From the NCBI RefSeq assembly GCF_039541115.1, contig NZ_BAABFP010000008.1, forward strand, positions 62,001 through 126,000: a stretch of 64,000 nucleotides of DNA, written 5' to 3'. How positions within the stretch are numbered: position 1 is the first letter of the stretch; every line of letters begins with the position of its first letter. A model generated the notes under the pieces. That model was not told the DNA's origin. It made no database searches and was given only the letters and a program-made list of their open reading frames with translations. The position numbers and the translations under genes were made by a program. Shown piece after piece: positions 1-9,600 of this stretch. Source of the DNA: Angustibacter luteus (GTDB lineage: Bacteria; Actinomycetota; Actinomycetes; Actinomycetales; Angustibacteraceae).

Positions 1-19
1 GCCGCACGGGTGATGCGGC

Positions 20-868
20 TCAGTCGGGGATGTAGTCGAACTCGTCGGGGTTGGGGCCGGTGCGCCCCTGCTCCCCGCGGTCGAGGCCGCCGACCGCCGC
101 GAGCTGGGCGTCGTCCAGCTCGAAGTCGAACAGCTCGAAGTTCTCCTTCACCCGCTCCGGCGTCACGGACTTGGGGAAGATCACGTCACCGCGCTGGATG
201 TGCCAGCGGAGCACGACCTGCGCCGGGGTGCGCCCGACCTGCTCGGCGACAGCGGTGATCGCCTCGTCGTCCAGCACGCCACCCTGGGCGATCGGTGACC
301 ACGCCTCGGTGACGATCTGGTGGTCGTGGCCGTACGCGCGCACCTGCTCGTTGGTCAGGAACGGGTGCACCTCGATCTGGTTGACCGCCGGCACCGTGTC
401 GGTCTCGGCCGCCAGCCGCTGAAGGTGCGCGACCTGGAAGTTGGAGACCCCGATCGACCGCGCCCGACCGTCCTTGGCGAACTCCTCCAGCACCTTCCAG
501 GTGGAGACGAAGTCGCCGTCGTAGCGCGTCGGCAGCGGCCAGTGGATCAGGAACAGGTCGACGTAGTCCGAGCCGAGCGCCTCCAGCGTGCGGTCGAAGG
601 CCCGGCGGGCGTCGTCCGGACGGTGGAAACCGTTGTTCAGCTTGCTGGTGATCCACACGTCCTCGCGGTCGAGGTCGCTCTCGCTCACGGCCTGGCCCAC
701 CTCGCGCTCGTTCCCGTACATCTGGGCCGTGTCGATGTGCCGGTAGCCGATGTCGAGGGCGGCCCGGGTGGCCTGCGCCGTCTGCGCCGGGTCGATCTGG
801 AAGACGCCGAACCCCAGCTGGGGGATCGCGCGCCCGTCGTTCAACGTGATGGTGGGAACGGTGGTCAC
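20..868 (-). CDS. Aldo/keto reductase (2,5-diketo-D-gluconate reductase-like)
   Basis: IPQLGFGVFQ, GYRHIDTAQMYGNE, DLFLIHWP, IGVSNF and IFPKS motifs of the AKR family. Confidence 0.93.
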   Translation of the reverse strand: MTTVPTITLNDGRAIPQLGFGVFQIDPAQTAQATRAALDIGYRHIDTAQMYGNEREVGQAVSESDLDREDVWITSKLNNGFHRPDDARRAFDRTLEALGSDYVDLFLIHWPLPTRYDGDFVSTWKVLEEFAKDGRARSIGVSNFQVAHLQRLAAETDTVPAVNQIEVHPFLTNEQVRAYGHDHQIVTEAWSPIAQGGVLDDEAITAVAEQVGRTPAQVVLRWHIQRGDVIFPKSVTPERVKENFELFDFELDDAQLAAVGGLDRGEQGRTGPNPDEFDYIPD

Positions 869-965
869 CGGTCGACTCCTCGGGTGCGGACGTACGGGCG
901 GACCTAGCGATCCTCGCGGACGCCAGGGCCGCCCGCATCCCGGCGCCCCACCACCACAGCCCTGG

Positions 966-1451
966 TCAGCCCCCGGCGAGCAGCTCGTCGAGCTGCTCGT
1001 AGCCCTCGACGACGCCGACGTCCATGCCGCTGGCCATGATCATGTCGCGGATCTCCATCGACTCGACGACCGACAGGACGGTCGTGCGGGTGCGCCCGTC
1101 GCCGAGGTCCTCGAGCGTCAGGGTGTCCAGGCTGACGCCGTCCGGTGCGCCGTCGAAGCTGAAGGTCTGCACGATGCGGTCCTCGCGGACGTCGTGGAAC
1201 GAGCCCCAGAAGCCGGCGATCCGCTCGCCCTCGCGCCAGGCCGTGTAGCGGTAGCTGCCGCCGGTGCGCAGGTCCCAGTGCTCGATCGTCATCTCGAGGT
1301 TGCGCGGACCCATCCAGCGGGCCACCAGCTCGGGGTCGGTCCAGGCGCGGAAGACCTTGTCCCGCGGGTGGTCGAAGTCGCGGACCACCTTCACGGTCGG
1401 CAGCTTCGGGTCGGCCTCGATGCGGGTCTCGTGCGTTGCGGTGGTGGTCAC
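966..1451 (-). CDS. SRPBCC/AHSA1 (START-like) domain protein
   Basis: VFRAWTDPELVARWMGP, DLRTGGSYRY; GTG start at 1451 overlaps the ArsR stop (GTGA). Confidence 0.88.
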   Translation of the reverse strand: MTTTATHETRIEADPKLPTVKVVRDFDHPRDKVFRAWTDPELVARWMGPRNLEMTIEHWDLRTGGSYRYTAWREGERIAGFWGSFHDVREDRIVQTFSFDGAPDGVSLDTLTLEDLGDGRTRTTVLSVVESMEIRDMIMASGMDVGVVEGYEQLDELLAGG

Positions 1452-1819
1452 GATGCTGCTCCTGCCTGGTCGGGGCCGGTCGTGCGGACCGTGCCGTCGT
1501 CGTCCATCTGGTCGAGCAGGGCGTCGAGGCGGCGGTAGCGCTCCTCGGCCTCCTTCCGGTATCGCTCGATCCACTTCGTCATGAGGTCGAACACCTCCGC
1601 CTCGAGGTGCCGCGGCCGGCGCTGCGCGTCCTTGCTGCCGCTGACCAGCCCGGCGTCCTCCAGCACCCTGAGGTGCTTGGACACGGCCTGGACCGAGACG
1701 TCGTAGGGCTCGGCCAGCTGGCCGACCGTGGCGTCCGCGGTGGCCAGCCGGGCCACCAGGTCACGCCTGATCGGGTCGGCGAGGGCCGCGAACACCCGGG
1801 AGAGCTGGTCGTCCGCCAC
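1448..1819 (-). CDS. ArsR/SmtB family transcriptional regulator
   Basis: FAALADPIRR...AVSKHLRVLEDAGLV; AAGGAGG SD upstream of GTG 1819. Confidence 0.92.
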   Translation of the reverse strand: MADDQLSRVFAALADPIRRDLVARLATADATVGQLAEPYDVSVQAVSKHLRVLEDAGLVSGSKDAQRRPRHLEAEVFDLMTKWIERYRKEAEERYRRLDALLDQMDDDGTVRTTGPDQAGAAS

Positions 1820-1832
1820 GACGCCTCCTTCG

Positions 1833-1894
1833 TCAACCGTTTGGTTGAGGACGACGCTACGGCCGCCTCCAGCCGTTGTCAACCCTTTGGTTGA
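1833..1894. promoter_or_regulatory. Two palindromic operators TCAACC-N4-GGTTGA, probably for the adjacent ArsR
   Basis: TCAACCgtttGGTTGA at 1833-1848 and TCAACCctttGGTTGA at 1879-1894. Confidence 0.7.
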
Positions 1895-1970
1895 ATAAAC
1901 GGCGCAACCGCCCTGGCAAAGCAGGAACGGCGACCCGCTCGATGCAGGTCGCCGTCCTCAGGTGATCGGG

Positions 1971-2043
1971 TGGAGCTGAGGGGACTCGAACCCCTGACCC
2001 CCTCGTTGCGAACGAGGTGCGCTACCAGCTGCGCCACAGCCCC
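1971..2043 (-). tRNA. tRNA-Ala(CGC)
   Basis: GGGGCTG acceptor, AGCTGGTAG D loop, CCTCG-TT-CGC-AA-CGAGG anticodon arm, GGTTCGAGTCC T arm; CCA not encoded. Confidence 0.96.
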
Positions 2044-2107
2044 TTGAACCGCAGACAAGGTTATCAGCCAGGAGCCACTGCTCCGGACACCCCACCGGTG
2101 TTGCGGG

Positions 2108-3034
2108 TCAGCCGTTGGCCGCGATGCGGCGCTCGAGGATCTCGTCGAGGTCGAACCCGCCGGCCTCGGCCGCCGCGGCCACCACAGCCGGCTCGCCGAC
2201 CGGCTCGCTGACCGGCTCGGCCACCGGCGCGTCCGGGGCGGGGTCGTTCGAGTACGCCGCCGGGCGGACCTGGACGGGGGGAGCCTTGGGCTTGAGCGTG
2301 TACGTCGGGGGCGGCACGGGCACGGGCTGCCAGCTGCCGTCGTCCGGCCCGGACTCGACCTCGGACGACGCACCGTCCACCGCGGCGGCGCTGCCGGCTG
2401 CGGCGGCGCGGTCCCGGTTGGCGGCGACGACCTGTCCGACGACGTCCCGGCGCGACTGCCGGCGAGCCAGCGAGGCCGAGCGCAGCTCCTGACGCGCCTG
2501 GCGACGACGCTGGTCACGCGCCCGCCGCACCGTGTGCCGCTGCCAGCCCACCATGGCGACCAGCGCGGCGGTGACCAGCGCGCCGAGCCACCAGGCCAGC
2601 GCGGTGAACGGGACCAGCAGCCAGACCACGGGGGTGACGACCAGCAGGCCGAGCAGCACCAGCCCGCGGACCGGGGTCCTCGGCGACGCGATCGCCGGAC
2701 GCGCCGGACGCACCGGACGCTCAGCGACAACCGGTGACGCCGGTGACGGCGCCGGACGCCCCACGGCCGGCGCGCGCTTCACCACGACGTCGGACGGCGG
2801 GCGCGCTGACGAGCGCGATGACGGGGCGACCACGTACGAGCGGGGGTTCGGGCGGGACAGCGGCACGGCGCGCACCGCGGGCCGGCGCTCCAGCACGCGC
2901 ATGGCTTCCGAGAACCGGTCGACGGACCGGACGGTGGCCAGGTGATCGCGACGCCGAACCCAGTGCCCGAGCAGGTAGGCAGCCCAGATGGCCACGATGA
3001 CCACGAAGATGAGGCTGCTGGGATCCACGGTCAC
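2108..3034 (-). CDS. glpR: Divisome-associated membrane protein SepX/GlpR family
   Basis: N-terminal TM then SVDRFSEAMRVL, two further TMs, WQPVPVPPPTYTLKP motif; lies between GNAT-moeA-galU and tRNA-Ala. Confidence 0.72.
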   Translation of the reverse strand: MTVDPSSLIFVVIVAIWAAYLLGHWVRRRDHLATVRSVDRFSEAMRVLERRPAVRAVPLSRPNPRSYVVAPSSRSSARPPSDVVVKRAPAVGRPAPSPASPVVAERPVRPARPAIASPRTPVRGLVLLGLLVVTPVVWLLVPFTALAWWLGALVTAALVAMVGWQRHTVRRARDQRRRQARQELRSASLARRQSRRDVVGQVVAANRDRAAAAGSAAAVDGASSEVESGPDDGSWQPVPVPPPTYTLKPKAPPVQVRPAAYSNDPAPDAPVAEPVSEPVGEPAVVAAAAEAGGFDLDEILERRIAANG

Positions 3035-3061
3035 AGACGGTAGGCGCGCTGCGACAAGTGT

Positions 3062-3697
3062 TCACGCAGGCGGCTCGGTGTGTCGCGGATGAGACTCGTG
3101 TGGTTTCTGTGACTGGACGTCGTGCCAGCGCCCGAGCAGGCCACCGGGGCCGAGCTCCTCGCGGGTGAGGGCGAAGGTCCGGTGGTCCCGCCACGCCCCG
3201 TCGATGTGCAGGTACGCCCGCCGCAACCCCTCGTCGCGGAAGCCGAGCTTGTCGACGACGCGCAGGCTCGCGGCGTTCTCCGGCCGGATGTTCACCTCCA
3301 TCCGGTGCAGCCCTAGCGTGATCAGGCAGTGGTCGGTGGCCAGCGCCACGGCGGTCGGGGTGATCCCGCGACCGGCGACGTGCTCGGAGACCCAGTACCC
3401 GACGTTGGCCGAGCACAGCGACCCCCAGCCGATCCCGCTGACCGACAGTTGGCCCACCATCACCTCGCCGTAGGTGATGGCGAAGGGCAGCCCGCGTCCG
3501 CCGCGCGCCTCCCGAGCCAGGGCGCGGACCAGCTGGGCGTAGGACATCCCGGGGGCCTGCGGGTCCGGCGGCGTCGCCTCCCACGGCTCGAGCCAGTGCC
3601 GGTTCGCCGTCCGCAGCTCGCGCCAGCGGGCGCCGTCCCGCAACCGCAGCGGCCGCAACCCGACCAGCCCGTCGGACAGCGTGACCGGCCAGGCCAT
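3062..3697 (-). CDS. RimJ/RimL-type GNAT N-acetyltransferase
   Basis: NRHWLEPWE, GYWV...AGRG, LHRMEVNIRPENAASLRVVDKLGF, IDGAWRDH. Confidence 0.9.
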   Translation of the reverse strand: MAWPVTLSDGLVGLRPLRLRDGARWRELRTANRHWLEPWEATPPDPQAPGMSYAQLVRALAREARGGRGLPFAITYGEVMVGQLSVSGIGWGSLCSANVGYWVSEHVAGRGITPTAVALATDHCLITLGLHRMEVNIRPENAASLRVVDKLGFRDEGLRRAYLHIDGAWRDHRTFALTREELGPGGLLGRWHDVQSQKPHESHPRHTEPPA

Positions 3698-4167
3698 CAG
3701 TGGTCGCCGCCGCGGATCTGCTCCACCGCGTGCACCAGCACGGGCGACAGGACGGCGAGCCCGTCCCGGCAGCCGCCGGTCGAGCCGGGCAGGTTGACGA
3801 CCAGGGTCCGACCGGCGATCCCGGCCACCCCCTGGGAGAGCATCGCGGACGGAACCCCTTGGGCGACACCGAAAGCCCGGATCGCGTCGGCGATGCCGGG
3901 CGTCTCGCGGTCCAGCACGCGCCGGGTCATCTCGGGCGTCAGGTCCCCCGGCGTGAGCCCCGTGCCCCCGGTGGTCAGGACCACGTCGATGCCGTCCGCG
4001 ACCGCGGTGCGCAGCGCTTGCTCGACGGGCTCACCGTCGGGCACGACCACCGGGTCCGGGACGTCGAGACCGAGCTCGCGCAGGCCCGCCACCAGGATCG
4101 GACCGCCGCGGTCGGCGTACACCCCGGCACTGGCCCGGTTGGACGCCGTGATCACCAGGCCCTTCAC
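3697..4167 (-). CDS. moaB: Molybdenum cofactor biosynthesis protein MogA/MoaB
   Basis: TTGGTGLTPGDLTPE, VNLPGS. Confidence 0.9.
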   Translation of the reverse strand: MKGLVITASNRASAGVYADRGGPILVAGLRELGLDVPDPVVVPDGEPVEQALRTAVADGIDVVLTTGGTGLTPGDLTPEMTRRVLDRETPGIADAIRAFGVAQGVPSAMLSQGVAGIAGRTLVVNLPGSTGGCRDGLAVLSPVLVHAVEQIRGGDH

Positions 4168-4682
4168 GCCGGCGCCTCGCCGGGCTCGACCCAGTCACCG
4201 GAGCGGCCACCAGACTTCGCCGTCACCCGGACGTCGGTGATCCGGGCGTGCTTGTCGACCGCCTTCACCATGTCCACCAACGCCAGTGCCGCCACGGTGA
4301 CGCAGGTGAGCGCCTCCATCTCGATGCCGGTCCGGTCGGCGGTCCGCACGGTCGCGGCGATCTCGACGCCGTCGTCCACGACCTCCAGCTCCACGACCGC
4401 CGCGTGCACCGCGACCGGGTGCGCCAGCGGCACCAGGGTCGGCGTCAGCTTGGCGGCCTGCAGCCCGGCGATCCGGGCGACCGCGAGCGCGTCCCCCTTG
4501 GGTACCTCACCGTCGCGCAGCGCGGCGACCGCGGCGGGCGAGAGCAGCACCCGGCCGCGGGCCGACGCCGACCGCGCGGTCACCGGCTTGCCGGACACGT
4601 CGACCATCCGCGCCGCCCCGCGCGCGTCGACGTGGGTGAGCCGCGCCTGCTCGGGCTGGCCCTCGGGCTGCTGCTCGCTCAT
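4164..4682 (-). CDS. moaC: Cyclic pyranopterin monophosphate synthase
   Basis: LTHVD...ARMVDV, KGDALAVARIAG, TGIEMEAL, DMVKAVD, KSGGRSG. Confidence 0.95.
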   Translation of the reverse strand: MSEQQPEGQPEQARLTHVDARGAARMVDVSGKPVTARSASARGRVLLSPAAVAALRDGEVPKGDALAVARIAGLQAAKLTPTLVPLAHPVAVHAAVVELEVVDDGVEIAATVRTADRTGIEMEALTCVTVAALALVDMVKAVDKHARITDVRVTAKSGGRSGDWVEPGEAPA

Positions 4683-5905
4683 CGGGCCCGCCGGTCCAGC
4701 ACCAGGCAGCGCACCTCGTCACCCGCCTCGACCCGGGTCACCGCCTCGGGCACCACGACCAGCGCGCTGGCCCGGGCCAGCCCACCCAGCACGTGCGAGC
4801 CCTGTGCGCCGGACAGCCGGACCACCCGCGACCCGTCCTCGGCCGTGCCGAGCTCGGCGCGGGCGAGCTGCAGCTTGCCGGGTGGCGAGGACCATCCCTC
4901 CAGCGCCGTCGCCATCTCGCTGCGCCGGAACAGGCCCCGGTGGCCGGCCATCTTGCGGATCGCCGGCCGGACGAACATCTCGAAGGACACGTAGGAGCTC
5001 ACCGGGTTGCCGGGCAGGGTGAAGATCGGCGTCGCGTCGGGGCCGACCGTGCCGAAGCCCTGCGGCATCCCGGGCTGCATCGCGACCTTGCCGAACCAGA
5101 CGGTGCCCAGGCCGCGCAGCACCTCCTTCACCGTGTCGTAGGCGCCGGCGCTGACCCCGCCGGTGGTGACCACGAGGTCGGCGCGCACCAGCTGGTCGGT
5201 CAGCGTCTGCAGGAACGTGCCGGCCTCGTCGCGCACCACCCCGACCCGGTACGGCCGGGCGCCGGCGTCGATCGCGGCCGCGGTCAGCATGATGCCGTTG
5301 CTGTCGACCACCTGGCCGAAACCGGGCGTCACGCCGGGGTCGACCAGCTCGCTGCCGGTGGACAGCACCACCACCCGCGGCTGCGCGTGCACCTTGACCC
5401 GGGCGCGGCCCACGGCCGCCAGCAGGGCGAGCTGGGTCGGGCCGAGCAGCGTGCCCGCGCTCAGCACGCGGTCACCGGCTCGGACGTCGCTGCCGGCCAC
5501 GCGCACGTGCTGCCCGGACGGCGCCGCTGCACTGAGCAGCACCGTGCGCACGCCGCCGTCGCTGAGCTCGACCGGGACGACGGCCTGGGCGCCGGACGGC
5601 AGGGGCGCCCCGGTCATGATCCGCATCGTCTGCCCCGCGGCCAGGTGCTGCGCCGTGGTCGAACCGGCCGGGATGTCGCCGACCACGGGCAGCTCCACCG
5701 GGTGCTCGGACGACGCCGCCGCCACGTCGGCGGCGAGCACCGCGTAGCCGTCCATCGCGGAGTTGTCGAAGCCGGGGACGTCCATCGGGCTCACGACGTC
5801 CTCGGCGAGCACGCAGTCCTGCGCCTCGAGCAGCGCCAGGTCGATCGGGTCGAGGGGCTGCACACCGTCGAGGCACCGTTGCAGGTGGTCCTCGACGCCG
5901 ATCAC
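4679..5905 (-). CDS. moeA: Molybdopterin molybdotransferase
   Basis: PGFDNSAMDGYA, RIMTGAP, STGSEL, TTGGVSAG, LPGNPVS; GTG start overlaps the galU stop. Confidence 0.95.
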   Translation of the reverse strand: MIGVEDHLQRCLDGVQPLDPIDLALLEAQDCVLAEDVVSPMDVPGFDNSAMDGYAVLAADVAAASSEHPVELPVVGDIPAGSTTAQHLAAGQTMRIMTGAPLPSGAQAVVPVELSDGGVRTVLLSAAAPSGQHVRVAGSDVRAGDRVLSAGTLLGPTQLALLAAVGRARVKVHAQPRVVVLSTGSELVDPGVTPGFGQVVDSNGIMLTAAAIDAGARPYRVGVVRDEAGTFLQTLTDQLVRADLVVTTGGVSAGAYDTVKEVLRGLGTVWFGKVAMQPGMPQGFGTVGPDATPIFTLPGNPVSSYVSFEMFVRPAIRKMAGHRGLFRRSEMATALEGWSSPPGKLQLARAELGTAEDGSRVVRLSGAQGSHVLGGLARASALVVVPEAVTRVEAGDEVRCLVLDRRAR

Positions 5906-6798
5906 GGGCGCGACCTCAGCCAGCTGCTGAAGTCCTTCCCGAACTCCGGGTGGCCCTCGGCGAGCTGGACCACGGCCTGCAGGTAGCTGAGCCGGTCGCC
6001 GGTGTCGTAGCGGCGGCCGCGGAAGATCACCCCGCGCACCCCGCCGCCGTCCTCGGGAGCCATCGCAGCCAGCTCCTGCAGCGCGTCGGTCAGCTGGATC
6101 TCGCCGCCCCGGCCGGGAGCGGTGTGCCGCAGCACCTCGAAGACCGCGGGGTCGATCACGTAGCGCCCGATCAGCGCCAGGTTGCTCGGGGCGTCCTCGG
6201 GGGCGGGCTTCTCCACCAACCCGGTCACCCGGACGACGTCCGCGCCCTCGTCGGCACGCTCGTCGATGGCCGCGCAGCCGTAGAGGTGCGCCTGGTCCGG
6301 CGGCACCTCGAGCAGTGCGATCACGCTGCCACCGTGCTCGGCTCGCACCCCGAGCATCGTCTCGAGCAGGGTGTCCCGCGCGTCGATCAGGTCGTCGCCG
6401 AGCAGCACCGCGAACGGCTCGTCGCCGACGTGCTGCGCGGCGCACAGCACCGCGTGGCCGAGCCCCTTCGGGTCGCCCTGGCGGACGTAGTGCACGTCGG
6501 CCAGCACCGCGGCGTCCCGGACGCGCTCCAGCCGGAACTCGTCGCCCTTCGCCTCCAGCGCCTGCTCGAGCTCCCAGCTGCGGTCGAAGTGGTCCTCCAG
6601 CGCGCCCTTGTTGCGGCCGGTGACCATCAGCACGTCGCTCAGGCCGGCCTTGACCGACTCCTCCACCACGTACTGGATGGCCGGCTTGTCGACGACCGGC
6701 AGCATCTCCTTCGGGATCGCCTTGGTGGCGGGCAGGAACCTGGTTCCCAGACCGGCCACGGGGATGACGGCCTTGCGGACCGGGCGCTCGTCGCTCAT
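5902..6798 (-). CDS. galU: UTP--glucose-1-phosphate uridylyltransferase
   Basis: KAVIPVAGLGTRFLPATKAIPKEMLP, GLGHAV, VEKP, GEIQLTDA. Confidence 0.96.
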   Translation of the reverse strand: MSDERPVRKAVIPVAGLGTRFLPATKAIPKEMLPVVDKPAIQYVVEESVKAGLSDVLMVTGRNKGALEDHFDRSWELEQALEAKGDEFRLERVRDAAVLADVHYVRQGDPKGLGHAVLCAAQHVGDEPFAVLLGDDLIDARDTLLETMLGVRAEHGGSVIALLEVPPDQAHLYGCAAIDERADEGADVVRVTGLVEKPAPEDAPSNLALIGRYVIDPAVFEVLRHTAPGRGGEIQLTDALQELAAMAPEDGGGVRGVIFRGRRYDTGDRLSYLQAVVQLAEGHPEFGKDFSSWLRSRP

Positions 6799-6844
6799 GC
6801 GGGCCAGGCTAGCGGCAGCCGGTGACGGCGACGTGTCGAGGAAG

Positions 6845-8857
6845 TCACCGGTCCAGGACCGGCTCCTCCCCTGCGGCCAGGCCCTGGGGCGGAACGTGCG
6901 ACGTCGCGGCGACCTGCCACTGGTTTCGCCCCGCCCGCTTGGCGGCGTACAGCCCGTCGTCCGCGGCCCGCACCAGGTCGCCACTCGCCGACCCGTGCAT
7001 CGGCAGGGAGGAGATGCCGACGGACACGGTGACGTCCACGCTGTCCTCGCCGACGATGAACGGCTCCTCGCGCACGGCCTCGCAGATCCGCTCGGCCAGG
7101 TGCTCGGCGCCCTCGGTGTCGGTCTCGGGGGTGACCACGACGAACTCCTCGCCGCCGTACCGGGCCACGGTGTCGACCTCGCGCACCACGCTGGCCAACC
7201 GCCGGGCGAGCTCGCGCAGGACGGCGTCCCCGACCGTGTGCCCGTAGGTGTCGTTCACGTTCTTGAAGTGGTCCAGGTCCAGCAGCAGCACCGACAGCGG
7301 CCGCTCGAACCGGCTCGCGCGCTCGACCTCGCGGGCCAGCGTCGTGGTCATGTGCCGCAGGTTGCCGGCGCCGGTCAGCGGGTCGGTCACCGACAGCCGC
7401 TGGGCCTCGCGGTGCAGCAGCACGTTGTCGACCGCGATGCCGGCCGGGCCGGCCAGCGAGACCAGCATCGCCTCGGCGTCGGTGTCGTAGGCCGGGCGCG
7501 AGGGCTCGCGCTCCACCACGATCACCCCGACCGTGTGGTGCCCGCGACGCAGCGGGGCGGCGAGCGCGGGCCCACCGAGCACCGTCGTGGAGTCCTCGTG
7601 GCCGTGCCCCAGGCGCCGCGGCATGCCGTCCACGGCCACCTCGCCGGCCAGGTCGCCGCCCAGCGGCAGCCGGCGCACGACCGCGCGGGGGGCGCCGGCC
7701 GGCACCGACGCGCGCGCCACGACGGAGCCGCCCTCGACCAGCCAGGCGGTGGCCCGCTGGGACTCGGTCGCGGACGCCGCGGCCGACAGCACCGTGCCCA
7801 GCAGCCCCTCCAGGTCGTGGGTGCGCTCCAGCGTGTCGCCGAGGCGTGCGACGTTCTCGCGCAGCAGGTTCCGGCTGCGCTCCAGCTCGGTGAGCTTGAG
7901 CTCCAGCTCGTCGGTCATGTGGTTGAAGGCGCCGGACAGCCGGCCCAGCTCGTCCTGCCCCGCGGCGGGCAGCCGGGTGCTGAGGTCACCGCGGGCCACC
8001 CGCTCGGCGGCCTCGGTGAGCGCCAGCACCGGCCGGGTCAGGCTCGCCGCCAGCCGGACCACGAGCAGCATGCCGATCACCAGGGCGAGCACCAGGGCGA
8101 GGGCAAGCCAGCCTTGGGTGAGCGCCAGACCTGGCGCGGCGATGGCGGCCGCGACGCCGCAGTACTGACCCTGCGCCTTGGTGGAGATCGCGACCTTGCG
8201 GTCCTCGATGTCCCGCACGCCGGGGCTGGACGCCGCCGCCATCCGCAGCTTGGCGCCCAGCGCGCCGGTCTGGGTGGAGACGCCTCGGCCCTGGGGGCAG
8301 GCCAGCGCGAGGTCGGTCTCCGACGGCAGGCCGAGCACGGCCGCCAGCGCGTTGAGCCGCTGCTGGTCGTAGACCTGGCCGACGATCGCGGTGCCGAGCT
8401 CGTTGTCCTTCGCGTCGACCGCCTGGACGACCTCGGACACGACGGGCAGCCCGGTCGGCACCAGCGGCTGCACGCCGATGGCACTGGCCTTGGAGCAGGA
8501 CGAGGTGAGCAGCTCGGAGACCGGCATGTCCGGGGTCGTGCCGGCGGACGCGACGACCTTGCCGTCCTTCACGAACATCGAGAAGCCGTCGGACTGGCGG
8601 GAGATCGCGTTGCGAGCCGCGATCTGCAGCTTCTGCGTGCGGGCCTGCAGGGCGAGCACGCGGGCGGCCTCGCCCATGGCCAGGCACCGGGCCTGGAGCG
8701 CAGCGCCCACCGAGCTCGCCGCCTGGGTCATCGACAGACCCGCGGCCTGGTTGACCTGGCGGGGAGCGAGCACGCCGATCGCGAGGAGGGCGGCGAGGGC
8801 CGGGATCAGCAGCACGACACCCAGCACCACGGCCAGGCGGCTGCGAACCGACTTCAT
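6845..8857 (-). CDS. Membrane diguanylate cyclase (2 TM, HAMP, GAF-like, GGDEF)
   Basis: DELGRLSGAFNHM (HAMP), TDPLTG, DLDHFKNVND, RYGGEEF with upstream RxxD (REVD). Confidence 0.9.
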   Translation of the reverse strand: MKSVRSRLAVVLGVVLLIPALAALLAIGVLAPRQVNQAAGLSMTQAASSVGAALQARCLAMGEAARVLALQARTQKLQIAARNAISRQSDGFSMFVKDGKVVASAGTTPDMPVSELLTSSCSKASAIGVQPLVPTGLPVVSEVVQAVDAKDNELGTAIVGQVYDQQRLNALAAVLGLPSETDLALACPQGRGVSTQTGALGAKLRMAAASSPGVRDIEDRKVAISTKAQGQYCGVAAAIAAPGLALTQGWLALALVLALVIGMLLVVRLAASLTRPVLALTEAAERVARGDLSTRLPAAGQDELGRLSGAFNHMTDELELKLTELERSRNLLRENVARLGDTLERTHDLEGLLGTVLSAAASATESQRATAWLVEGGSVVARASVPAGAPRAVVRRLPLGGDLAGEVAVDGMPRRLGHGHEDSTTVLGGPALAAPLRRGHHTVGVIVVEREPSRPAYDTDAEAMLVSLAGPAGIAVDNVLLHREAQRLSVTDPLTGAGNLRHMTTTLAREVERASRFERPLSVLLLDLDHFKNVNDTYGHTVGDAVLRELARRLASVVREVDTVARYGGEEFVVVTPETDTEGAEHLAERICEAVREEPFIVGEDSVDVTVSVGISSLPMHGSASGDLVRAADDGLYAAKRAGRNQWQVAATSHVPPQGLAAGEEPVLDR

Positions 8858-8970
8858 GTCCCCCTCCATCCCCGAAAGTTGCGGCAGGCTCGCGCGCGCG
8901 ATGTCGTGGCATGGTGGCATGAAAGGCCGAGCGACGTCACGGCGCACCTGGCAATTCGGGACACAAAGGG

Positions 8971-9600
8971 GTGTTCATCACGAACTTTTCACCAACATCC
9001 GAACAGGACCGCCCCGGTACAGCCCCGTCCAAGCCAGAACTTCGGCGGCAACGTCGGGACGTGCGCCGCTCCCGCGAGGATACCGCCGCAGGAGCGGACG
9101 GCGACAGACTCGCGGACGTCGTCGAGTCCCTCGCGCCGGTCCGGGCCGCCAGCACCGTGGCGGCCTTCGCCTCGCGCGGGGACGAGCCGTCGACCGGGCC
9201 GCTGCTCGCTCGGTGGCGGGCCGCGGGTCGGCGGGTGCTGCTGCCCGTCGTCCGACCAGACCTCGACCTGGACTGGGCCGTGGACGGCGGCGAGCGCCGG
9301 ACGAGCGCCGTGGTCGACGTCCCGGAGCCCACCGGTCGCCTGCTCGGCGCGACCGCGATCGCCGCGGCGGCCGTCGTCCTGGTTCCCGCGCTGGCGGTGG
9401 ACCGCCGGGGCACCCGGCTCGGTCAGGGCGGCGGGAGCTATGACCGGGCGTTGGCCCGCACCGCGCCCGGGACACTGGTCGTCGCGGTGCTGCACCCCGG
9501 CGAGCTGCTCGACGACCCGCTCCCCCGCGAGCCGCACGACCGACCGGTGCACGTGGTGGTCACGGTGGACGGCGTCGCCTGGCTCAGCTCCCCGGCTTGA
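8971..9600 (+). CDS. fthC: 5-formyltetrahydrofolate cyclo-ligase
   Basis: VLVPALAVDRRGTRLGQGGGSYDR, PHDRPV; start uncertain. Confidence 0.9.
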   Translation: MFITNFSPTSEQDRPGTAPSKPELRRQRRDVRRSREDTAAGADGDRLADVVESLAPVRAASTVAAFASRGDEPSTGPLLARWRAAGRRVLLPVVRPDLDLDWAVDGGERRTSAVVDVPEPTGRLLGATAIAAAAVVLVPALAVDRRGTRLGQGGGSYDRALARTAPGTLVVAVLHPGELLDDPLPREPHDRPVHVVVTVDGVAWLSSPA

